The notes under the pieces are model-generated. The model was not told the origin of the DNA, made no database searches, and saw nothing but the letters and a program-made list of their open reading frames with translations. Below are positions 49,301 through 57,421 of a stretch of DNA of 64,000 nucleotides, in pieces (the stretch's first letter is position 1; each line of letters starts with the position of its first letter). Source of the DNA: Podarcis filfolensis. Its lineage: Eukaryota. Made by a program: the position numbers and the translations under genes. The stretch lies in the NCBI GenBank assembly GCA_964270895.1, contig OZ185440.1. One strand, given 5' to 3'.

Positions 49301-52300
49301 GTCATGCACAAGCATGGGATGTAATCCATAAGACACTCTTGCCACACAAACTCCACTGAACCAATGGAAGTCACGAGGCAGCAGTGATTAGTGGATTCCA
49401 CTAGATATGGCTACACAGTCTTTGATACACAAATCTGCAAACACAAAACCAAGGTTCAAGGGGCAGGGCCGTAGCTCTGTGATAGAGCATCTGCACTGCA
49501 TGCAGAAAAGTCCTGACTTTAATCCCCAGCATTTCCAGGCCGGTCTGGCAATGTCCCCAGTCTGAAACCCTGGAGAGCGGCTACCAGCCAGTGTAGGCAG
49601 TACTGAGCTATGTGGATCTATACTCAGTATAAGGCAACTTCCTGTGTTCCCATGTCAAACAATTTGTGCCCATTGCCAGTTTTGTTTTCCTTCCACAGGC
49701 ACAATACCACGAGGAAGCAAAGCTGTTCTTATTTCCAATTCAGTTAAAAGCTGCATGGCTGCTCTTTGTGCTTTTTTTTTTTGATAAAAGGAGGAGGAAA
49801 GGAAGTATCGATTATTGATTTATTATTTACGACTGGCTTTTTCTGAAGGTATTATACCCGTGCAAAGCCAACACTTTTTTTTGTACAATTGCTGTGGGGA
49901 AGGCACAGTGCACAATTATCAAAGACTGAAATACATAGGGACATGCAGCAGGAGGGTAAAAGCGCGGCAGCAGGTGACTGAAGCAGGGACGAAGCAAGGT
50001 GACAGCACAGGAGAGATACCTTAAGGTAAGACCTGCATGTCTTCTCTCGCTTTTGGAGCTTGGTAATAAGACAAAAAACACACATCAGAGGTTAGACATT
50101 TTTTTAAAAAAAGGGTAATAGGATTAGTACTACTTGATCATTGTTCAAACGCTTATATGCTAACCAGGGAAATAAGATCTGCTGATAAAATTAACAATGT
50201 TAAAGTGTGTTAAAGTACCACTTCCAGATGAATCTGCGGGTTTTTAAGGGAGTGAATGAAGCACAAGGCCATTCCAATGCACTAAGGTTAGTTCATGGCT
50301 TGGTATGTCAAATACTTCTAATACGTTAGTATTATACGTCAAATACGTTAGTAAGAAGGTCACGGGGGGGGGGAGAGTATTCATTTTCCCCTGCCGCAGT
50401 TTGTTCCCCCCCCCCCCCAGGTTGAGAGCTATAAAGGATCAAAGGACACAACAGGTCTGATTCTTATTGAGGCCTTAATCATTGTTCTGTTTCAGGCTGC
50501 TGCTAAAGTATAATTCACATTATCCGTTCAATTCCTTCTGCCCACATGGGAACGGTCACATTCTGTTCTCGTGTACCACCAGCCTTTGGGGACTCTGACA
50601 CAGCATCAGAATCCACATCTCCATGAATTTGTTGGTCCCCCCCCCCCCAAAAAAAAACCCCTAAATGTGCCCTACTTCAAAGGACTAGTGCAAAATACAG
50701 GCAGATGTTTTGCAAGAGAAAAGAAAGAAAGCCACAAGGCCAGGTTGCTCTAATGCACACCAGAGAAGGCTATTCAGGTTGGTATCTACCTTGTTATAAC
50801 TCCGTCCAGCAGAGTCCTTCTCGTTAGGCTTCAGATCTTGCAGCTGAGCATCAAGAATATCCACCAACTGTTCCATCAGTCTGACTGAAGAACTCACATC
50901 ACCAGCATAGATTTGTCCTTTGGTATGTTTAGCCAGTTCATTGGCAAGGCTAGCAGCATTTTCTCCACTTCTGATCTGAAATGACAATTTAAATTATTTT
51001 AGTGATGCCCCCACTGCCACTTAATTCTTAGAACGCTTTATTTCTAAATAGAAAGGTGGGTTATTTTTTTGTTACATCTTTTTTTATATAACTTTCAAAG
51101 TTGTTTTGTCCTTAAAAAACAACAAGAACTGCCCTACTCCCACAAAAAATGAGAGATCATATGCAACACTGCTTAGATTTAGTAAAGTGCTATATGCATT
51201 GATGGTGATCTATCATCTATCTACCGTATTTTTCGCTCTATAACACGCACCAGACCATAACATGCACGTAGTTTTTACAGGAGGAAAACAAGAAAAAAAA
51301 TATTCTAAACGAAATAGTGGATATATGATTTTTGTGGTGCATGTTGTGGCCACAGACATGTGATCTGACAGTGAGTTTGGAGCAGCCCAATGCAAAAATC
51401 CTGAGGATCCATGTGGATCCATGCTTTGTAACCACGGAGGAGGGAAGGAAGGGGAACCATGGATCCTCTGCTCACGACTACAGCAGATCCCCCCCGCCAC
51501 CCGCGTGCATTCGCTCCATAACACGCACAGACATTTCCCCTTACTTTCTAGGAGGAAAAAAGTGAGTGTTATGGTGCAAAAAATACGGTATCTATCTATC
51601 TATCATCTGTCATGTCAATTCCAAGCATTCCATTCTACTCTCTCAATGCTCCAACCCCTTTTCCGTGTGACCAACAAATTCTATGCAGAATGGGGCTACG
51701 GAAATGGTAGGAGACTTGATTCTTAATCGCCAGGATCTGCAGGGCTAAGGAATGAGCCCCCTTTTCCCAAGTGCCTTCGCTTTCTTCTCCAGGAGTGAAT
51801 GGCCACCATTCATCCCGTGGTGGGATGATAAAGTGCTGCATGGAGAGCTCTGCATTTGCAGGGAGCAAAACCCACCAATCTCCGCAGGCATTTGAGATTT
51901 TTTCCCCCTTTGTGCTTCTTTGGAGGAAGCGGTGGGAAATGAGGCAGTTTGTTTGTGATGTTTCCTCCCACCCGCAATCTCCAAGAGCTGGGTTTCAGCA
52001 CAGGGCAGTCCATCTGAAACACAGATTCTTTTGTGGGGTGGGGAGTGTAACATAGGATATCTTTATTTGCTTTTCACCCCAGCAGTTGCGGAGGCTGTCA
52101 GTGTGGCAGGCAGAACGAAGAGCGGTGTCAGTACAGTACAGCTCACATATTTAGGAAACAAGAATGGGATACAAGAGCTGATAGCTAAGGACAGAAACAG
52201 TCCATCCTGTCCCTCTCTTATGCATATTAACTTTCATAGGGATTTCCTGCTAGTAACACAGTGTTTTAAAAATTACCCTCATTTTACTTATAGAGCACCC

Positions 52301-53785
52301 TTTATTAAACCAAATTAAAGTACAGAGCAGGTGCTCAACGAATGGCTGTTCCGTTAATGTCTCCATGCTTGTGTCCCTTTGCTGAAAAATCCCTTAGCTC
52401 CAGCTAGGCAAAGATCAAAGCAGAGGAGACAGCCTTTTCCTTGGTGCAAATATGATGTTCAGCACCATTTCCTGTGAAGGATGTGGGAACTGTAGCTCTT
52501 GGAAGAAGATGCTCTGTTGAAAGCTAGGAGAGCCCTATAACTGCCACATCCTCTGCTTTAACTTTCACCTGGCTGAAACCAACATTGTTTGCCTTGAGGC
52601 AGAGTAAGCCGGAAGCAGCAGCACAAGTGTGTTTGCCCCAACCCTTGAAGTGGGCAATATCATGCCCCAACCCTTGAAGTGGGCAATATCATGACATCCC
52701 TATTAAAGCCCTGGGATGGCAGGGCACTTGATTTAGTCTCGTGCAACGTTCCCAGTGTTTGTCATAAGCATCTGTGCTGGTAATCATGGGCATGGTATCA
52801 TATCAAAAATATTTTCCAACCCACCTTCTGAGCCAGCTGGTTTACCCAGTGTGAAGTACAGTTGCTAAGATCAGGACCATTCGGGTTCCATTTTCCAGTG
52901 GAAACCATGCAGAGGTATGAAGCTGTTCCTATATAAAAGATGAGAAAAATGACATGGAGGTAAGAGTGTTCAAGCTGTACGTGCATGTGTACATATTTTC
53001 AATTTTTCGTAGGCACCTGGGAAGTACTGGATTAGGGTTTCAGTACTTAAGTCGCTTTAAAAGAGACTAAGGAAGCCTGTAGGAAAATGAGGTAACAAAA
53101 GGCAATGATGCCAATTAAAAGCAATGCTAACAAAGCCAGGACAAAATATCAGACTTTATACTGAATAAACAGAGAGAAAAAGAAAAAGCTCTAGCATTTT
53201 CTGGAAACCATCCAAAGTGGAGTTCATAATGAGAAATACAGCAGAAAGCAAGTGTGGCTGAAGTCCTGTCTGTTGCAAAGACCTATGATCTGGAATCCTT
53301 GAGAAGGGGCTGGAATGTAATTCTGTACCTAGGCTCCAATGCCCTCTACAGCTTAAAACCTGAAGGTGCCATTTCCTTGCAAGCAGCCAAGATCATAAGA
53401 AAGATAGTCCGAGACTAAGGAAAAGAGGGTTCAAGATATAGACACCGGAATGTTTATTTAAGCTGAAAATCCAGTTTTAAGGTCTTACCACGAGTTCCTT
53501 TGGGACAGGGGCGTTCCACCATGTTTCCTCTTGGAGTCTGAGGCCAAGTTATATCCCTTTTCACCTCAAGTTCACAGAACCTCTCTGGCAAAGGGAAAAA
53601 GCTTGTAACAGGAGGAATTTTGGTCGTTGATACTGCTGGCGGTGGCTTGGGGCCTTTGCTTTCATCCCCCTTCCCCCCAGGTAATGTTGTGCTAATTGGA
53701 ATTTTCTGTGGCGTGGTGCTTGTAGTTGACACAGTTGTCTTGTACAGCTCTGTGGAAGGAGTTATGGTCTCGGCTGTGGTAGGCA
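10267..53785 (-). CDS. ADGRL2: ADGRL2 / latrophilin-2 adhesion GPCR, 5'-partial multi-exon CDS (HormR, GAIN/GPS, 7TM, intracellular tail with PDZ-binding motif)
   Basis: The spliced translation matches ADGRL2 as I recall it (e.g. [18 protein letters not shown]; [43 protein letters not shown]; C-terminal [10 protein letters not shown]). Exon phases chain consistently: 297, 104, 186, 184, 123, 206, 174, 207, 221, 67, 92, 169, 129, 97, 129, 755 nt. Confidence 0.98.
11723..11870. other. Assembly gap (148 N) in the last ADGRL2 intron
   Basis: Run of N. Confidence 1.
13585..13636 (-). CDS. ADGRL2: ADGRL2 alternative exon with two donors: 18 nt (13619-13636, ATYRET) or 52 nt ([17 protein letters not shown])
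   Basis: ttatgctttcctctag|CAACC; donors ACAA|gtatgg and AAAT|gtaaat; the peptide resembles the ADGRL3 [15 protein letters not shown] segment (from memory). Confidence 0.85.
14346..14398 (-). CDS. ADGRL2: ADGRL2 alternative 53-nt frameshifting exon ([18 protein letters not shown])
   Basis: ctattacag|GACTG ... GAG|gtatc; resembles the mammalian LPHN2 variant peptide GLTSHGLRAHLQDLYHLE (from memory). Confidence 0.85.
14662..14790 (-). CDS. ADGRL2: ADGRL2 exon ([43 protein letters not shown]), 129 nt, alternatively spliced in mammals
   Basis: tttgctttag|GA ... CCAG|gtgtgc. Confidence 0.93.
17804..17900 (-). CDS. ADGRL2: ADGRL2 exon ([32 protein letters not shown]), 97 nt; not in the ORF track
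   Basis: ttaacag|AGC ... CAAG|gtcagt. Confidence 0.96.
17960..18050. repeat. Short quasi-palindromic squamate interspersed repeat (similar copies near 54520-54600 and 59320-59405)
   Basis: gctacaatcct...gagtaagacccagtgaac..ggggcttact...aattgcac pattern recurs in the window. Confidence 0.4.
19062..19190 (-). CDS. ADGRL2: ADGRL2 exon, helix 8 and proximal tail (VRKEYGKCF...YSSGTQ), 129 nt
   Basis: atacag|GTA ... CAG|gtaac. Confidence 0.97.
19790..20149 (-). mobile_element. Sauria-type SINE, near full length
   Basis: Minus-strand head ggacgtgggtggcgctgtgggttaaacc, B box GGTTCGAATCC, ACCTTT tail; 10-bp TSD ggtgaggtta at 19780-19789 and 20150-20159. Confidence 0.92.
22526..22694 (-). CDS. ADGRL2: ADGRL2 exon, TM6-TM7 ([10 protein letters not shown]...HCALQKK), 169 nt
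   Basis: tttcag|GTCT ... AAA|gtgag. Confidence 0.97.
23337..23363 (-). CDS. ADGRL2: ADGRL2 alternative 27-nt ICL3 microexon (YEDNKPFIK)
   Basis: aatgctttctag|CTAT ... AA|gtaaga; phase 2-2, in frame. Confidence 0.88.
23688..23732 (-). CDS. ADGRL2: ADGRL2 alternative 45-nt ICL3 exon ([15 protein letters not shown])
   Basis: Long pyrimidine tract ...catccacaccag|TAAT ... GG|gtaaga; phase 2-2, in frame; matches the mammalian LPHN2 ICL3 insert as I recall it. Confidence 0.9.
24813..24904 (-). CDS. ADGRL2: ADGRL2 exon, TM5-ICL3 ([30 protein letters not shown]), 92 nt; not in the ORF track
   Basis: Manually reverse-complemented: ttttgacag|CTG ... AA|gtaagt. Confidence 0.95.
29135..29172 (-). ncRNA. 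Minimal type I hammerhead ribozyme motif, identical copy on the ADGRL2 sense strand
   Basis: Exact reverse complement of 29518-29555; predicted cut between 29139 and 29138. Confidence 0.78.
29518..29555 (+). ncRNA. Minimal type I hammerhead ribozyme motif (PLE-associated)
   Basis: GUAU-CUGAAGA-A-GUGUGCAUGCACAC-GAAA-GC-UC^AUAC: both core boxes, a palindromic stem II, a palindromic AGCU stem III and a 4-bp stem I. Confidence 0.8.
35421..35490 (+). mobile_element. CR1 LINE 3' end fragment
   Basis: gggttggactaga...ggtcccttccgactctatgattcta, the characteristic CR1 terminus. Confidence 0.7.
36127..36193 (-). CDS. ADGRL2: ADGRL2 exon, ECL2-TM5 ([22 protein letters not shown]), 67 nt
   Basis: ctgtaacag|CTGC ... 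CTG|gtaaga. Confidence 0.95.
38151..38371 (-). CDS. ADGRL2: ADGRL2 exon, TM3-TM4, 221 nt
   Basis: tctttgcag|ATT ... GC|gtaagt; [20 protein letters not shown]. Confidence 0.97.
39975..40181 (-). CDS. ADGRL2: ADGRL2 exon, TM1-TM2, 207 nt
   Basis: tttccag|TAC ... AAG|gtaag; [20 protein letters not shown]...NTIHKNL. Confidence 0.96.
40349..40396. repeat. (TTA)n followed by (TAA)n microsatellite
   Basis: Direct reading. Confidence 0.9.
41311..41484 (-). CDS. ADGRL2: ADGRL2 exon with the GPS autoproteolysis site HL|T (cut between codons at 41350/41349) and Stachel peptide TNFAILM, 174 nt
   Basis: ttttgcag|ACC ... GCG|gtaagg; CSFW...WSTQGC...[15 protein letters not shown] consensus is intact. Confidence 0.97.
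42116..42300 (-). mobile_element. CR1 LINE 3' fragment
   Basis: ttggaagggatcctgaggatcatctaatccaaacccctgc is the reverse complement of a CR1 terminus. Confidence 0.65.
42797..43002 (-). CDS. ADGRL2: ADGRL2 exon, GAIN B ([14 protein letters not shown]...LAHID), 206 nt
   Basis: tttcacag|GG ... GAT|gtgagt. Confidence 0.96.
43245..43367 (-). CDS. ADGRL2: ADGRL2 exon, GAIN ([12 protein letters not shown]...KQNSRSG), 123 nt
   Basis: ctacctag|TC ... AGCG|gtatg. Confidence 0.95.
45512..45695 (-). CDS. ADGRL2: ADGRL2 exon, GAIN ([10 protein letters not shown]...MPTDHI), 184 nt
   Basis: tgcag|GCT ... ATCG|gtaagt. Confidence 0.96.
49460..49650 (+). mobile_element. tRNA-derived SINE (Squam3-like), degenerate
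   Basis: tRNA-like head gggccgtagctctgtgatagagcatctgc with an eroded B box; tail ...cagtataaggcaacttcctgtgttcc. The family name is from memory. Confidence 0.7.
50020..50058 (-). CDS. ADGRL2: ADGRL2 alternative 39-nt cassette exon ([13 protein letters not shown]) in the GAIN domain
   Basis: ttaccaag|CTC ... AAG|gtatct, in frame; matches the latrophilin LQKRE..CRAY insert as I recall it. Confidence 0.9.
50790..50975 (-). CDS. ADGRL2: ADGRL2 exon, GAIN A (IRSGENAAS...GRSYNK), 186 nt
   Basis: ttcag|ATC ... AAG|gtaga; ORF 50685..50987. Confidence 0.96.
51224..51588. mobile_element. Tc1/mariner-type MITE inserted in a (TATC)n tract
   Basis: TA|ccgtattttt ... aaaaatacgg|TA TIRs, with (TATC)n on both sides. 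Confidence 0.75.
52634..52691. repeat. Perfect 29-bp tandem duplication
   Basis: tgccccaacccttgaagtgggcaatatca x2. Confidence 0.9.
52825..52928 (-). CDS. ADGRL2: ADGRL2 exon, HormR (GTASYLC...NQLAQK), 104 nt
   Basis: atatag|GAACA ... GAAG|gtggg; ORF 52798..52986. Confidence 0.95.
53489..53785 (-). CDS. ADGRL2: ADGRL2 exon, Ser/Thr-rich linker and start of the HormR domain (VPTTAETIT...[10 protein letters not shown]), 297 nt, phase 1-1
   Basis: Acceptor ctccccag|TGCCT, donor CGTG|gtaaga; ORF 53454..53786. Confidence 0.93.
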
Positions 53786-54239
53786 CTGGGGAGAGAAAAG
53801 CAGTGTTACACAGAGAAGTGCCCAGAGAAGTGGTTGTGAAAACATTTACACCTGTAAGTATTTCCCTTATAAAATTAAAGTCTCAGAGATTCAATATATG
53901 AGAGAAAGGGAATGAATCACCAGGTTTTCTGGGGAAATGACTGGATGATAAAAATTATATGTGAGCAGCAGCAACGATGGTAGTAGCAGTAGTAACATCA
54001 TCATCATCATCTTCATACCACCAAGATATACCACCTAGCTACCAAAAGAGCCATTTCTGGCAAGATAGTGGAATACACAATTTAGAATAATTTGACAGAT
54101 ACAGTGTGACTTTTTCACCAATCCCACCTTACGCCTGCAGCCCCCATTGCTCCCTGCTAAATGCTTCTCAGGGGGACTCTCTGGAACAACGTGGGGAATG
54201 AGTGGGAAGGAATCACGATGGCTATGTTCTACTTCCATT

Positions 54240-54410
54240 GCTAGGGGTGGTAAACCTCGGAATCATAGTTACTGAGAATCGCAAGTGGGGAGAACACTAT
54301 TACACTCAAGTTCTGCTTGTGGGTTTCCCATAGGTATCTGACTGGTCACTATCAGAACAGGATGTTGGATAGCATGATCTAGCAGGGCTCTACTTGTGTT
54401 CCTGTGTTCT
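54240..54410 (+). mobile_element. CR1/L2-type LINE 3' tail fragment (related pieces at ~2580-2790 on minus and ~35800-36005 on plus)
   Basis: Shared motifs cccataggtatctg..ggtcac..gagaacaggatg..gga..ctagcagggctct..ttgtgttc; family assignment from memory. Confidence 0.45.
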
Positions 54411-54622
54411 TAATCAGTGACAATGATCTACCTGCCTTCTTCATTCAGCAGGAACCATTTCCTGGATACCCATTCCCTCTGCAAACGGAAGGAGCTTTTC
54501 CATGGCTGGAACACCAAGGATCCTAAGTATTTATACTAAGAAGTCTCATTGAGTTCAATATAGAGTAAGTGTGAACAGGAATGCAATCTCAGTATACTGC
54601 TGGCAGCACATATTCTCATCTC

Positions 54623-54625
<3 letters not shown>

Positions 54626-54678
<53 letters not shown>

Positions 54679-54693
54679 AACACACACACACAC
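54626..54693. repeat. (CT)n followed by (AC)n compound microsatellite
   Basis: Direct reading. Confidence 0.9.
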
Positions 54694-54737
54694 ATCTACC
54701 AAATAGTTATATTTCTAAAGACTTTGACTCCCTAGAG

Positions 54738-54873
54738 CAGGCTTCCTCAAACTCGGCCCTCCAGATGTTTTTGGCCTACAACTCCCATGATCCCTAGCTA
54801 GCAGGACCAGTGGTCAGGGATGATGGGAATTGTAGTCTCAAAACATCTGGAGGGCCGAGTTTGAGGAAGCCTG
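54738..54873. mobile_element. 136-bp palindromic hAT MITE, young
   Basis: 34-bp perfect terminal arms; perfect 8-bp TSD ccctagag at 54730-54737 and 54874-54881. Confidence 0.9.
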
Positions 54874-57289
54874 CCCTAGAGGCATTAATACTGATTTATT
54901 GTATGATAAAATGTGTATGAATACTTTTAAACAAAGAAAACATGGCAGAATCTACACTATAAAACTAAGTTCTATATTTGAAAAGCAAAACAAACAAGGA
55001 AGCAACAAATGAACAGATTCCAAAACGAAAAAGTAGGTTGTAAATAACCAGGCCGTTTACACACACAAAACCACCCTAACTTCATGTCATCCACTCTGCA
55101 ACTTACAGCAAGATAATTACTGTAACATCTTCCCACCCGGCAGTCATTTTTGCTTGAGAGATTTCCAGCATGCCTGATTAGACCCAAACAGAAAAAAGCC
55201 TCGCATGCATGTGTTGTTTTAGTGTTTCAACATCTCAGCCTTTAAACATTCCCCTTTCCCTATTTTGATAGAGCAGGTGTGAAGAAAGAACTAATTCAAG
55301 CCAATGGCAAGTACACAGACAGCTTAATCATTGATGTCAAGAAAACTGGATTTGAACAAGAAACTTCTGGTTTGGGTTCTGTAATTGGTAGTTCTATCAA
55401 GCTGGCAACATTCAAATTAAAATACATAGGGGTTTTTTCCCACATACAAAACATTCCCATTGTACATAAGATTCCCAAGAGTAAATAACCTAGTATATGC
55501 CGAAGATTACACTGTTCCACTCAGGACTAATAATTATCACAACTAGACTTTCTATATACAATAATTAATAAGGCATAGAATCATCAACTGCACTTTAAAT
55601 GGACTGAATGGGGGGGGGGGGAGAGCCTCTGTGTTTGGCAAGTGGCCTTATGTATGAGCTCACTCAGTCATATTACTCATTTTAACATGGCAGGAGTGAC
55701 CGTGTTTTGCTGTTCCAGGGGAATCGGGTATATTAACCTGTTGCATCATATTTATTTTCTAAATGTATGTACCACCCTTTAGTATATAATCTACATGGTG
55801 GTTTATGGAATAAAACCAGCAAAATAATAACAACAGGGCAATAAATGCTAGAAAACGCCAACCATCAATAAAACAGCAGAAGAAAAGTCATTCTTTTTAA
55901 ATCCCTCAAATGCTGAAAATCCCAAAGGATATCAGACTAGGCTGCAAGTGTAACATAGGAAGCTGCCTTATAGATTCAGATCATTGTTCAATGTAGTTAT
56001 GCCTGCATTCTTTGGCAGCCTGTTGGGTTTCAGACAGCAGTCTTTTCCAGTCCTGAGACCCAAGACCTTTTGCATATAAAAGCATGTGCTCTTCCACTGA
56101 ACCAAGGCTCCATAAATACACAAACACACACACTCCCAGAGAAGGTTCCCCTCATTCTCACCAGCCACTTTACTTTGGATGGGCAAAATATCTGGAAATC
56201 AGCTATTGAATATTATCATACTACATAAGCTGGTTGACATAAAATAATCATTCTATCCGTTATCCCAGTCCCAAACTGCAGAGGTTTTGTAAGTGCTTAC
56301 GCTTTCTGTTGGAGTTGGAAATGATCTGGTAGCAGTGGAACTCTCTAAATAATGGCACAATGTGTTCCCAATGACAGGTACAAATGAGCATCCTTGACTT
56401 TGTATTTTAGTCTATGTTTTCTTGCAGCCCCAAATACAATTGTTGAAATAGTCACGCGTAGAGAGAAGCAGGACTTTCTGACTGTGGTGGCTAAGCTATC
56501 TTTGTCCAAGAAGGGATTTCACAATGGGTGTACCAGCCTTTGTTGATACTGCCTGGGTCTCAGCTGACAGGGTTGTATGTATGAGCATACATACCATGAA
56601 CTATAAACCTGGCCCTTTTGGAAGAGCACAGTTTGGTTCAGAACAAGTTGAACACCACTTTCCTGAAAAGTACACCTTATCAGAATTGAGCTCTTCCCTA
56701 GTCCACTACTGATCTCAAGCCCTAACGTAGCAGCAGTTCCTGGTGTAAAAGTAAGATAGAGGTAGACATAAACAGCTTCTGATTGCACTCAGCTCCAAAT
56801 GACTTCATTCAACAATTTCAAGAACGTGTTTTTAAAAAGGGAGAAAATAGAACCCAGCAGCATTCTGTAGTATTAATGCCAAAGCTGTGAAGAATGGTTT
56901 CTCTCTGTACCACCCTCTGGAACTGGCCCGTCCGGGGAAGGAGCCACCAAAACACTGTAGTCCAGGCAGTCTAGAAGATTACCATGGTCAATAGTACACA
57001 AAGCTATTGAGAGATCCAGAAGGATGGATTACCAGCATCTATAAGTGCATGCTACCCATCAGTGTGACCAGGGCAGCTTTTGTGCCAAAACTGGGCATGG
57101 AAATAGATCCAGACAATCAGTTTTATCCAAGATAGCCTGGGCATCTACTCACTTGAACAGCTTGCTCAAGAAGAGGATATTCACTGCTGCCTGAGAGTTG
57201 TTAGAATCCAGTTAAACTCCACTCTTGAGGCAGCTGAGACTGCTCCCTTAGTTCGTGAAGCCACTTCTGTCAGATGCTATAATCTAGGG

Positions 57290-57421
57290 CAGGGTTCCCC
57301 AAACTTTGGTCTCCAGCTGCTTTTGGACTACAGTTCCCATCATCTCTCACCACTGGTCCTGTTAGCTAGGGGTGATGGGAGTTGTAGTTTATCAACGGAG
57401 ATGCAAGTTTGGGAAACACTG
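57290..57421. mobile_element. Palindromic hAT MITE, related to the 54738 element, opposite orientation, more diverged
   Basis: cagggttccccaaact ... agtttgggaaacactg; 8-bp TSD atctaggg at 57282-57289 and 57422-57429. Confidence 0.85.

Noticed and set aside
49460-49540. tRNA-like sequence
   Set aside because: The B box is degenerate and the sequence continues into a SINE body; it is a SINE head, not a tRNA gene.
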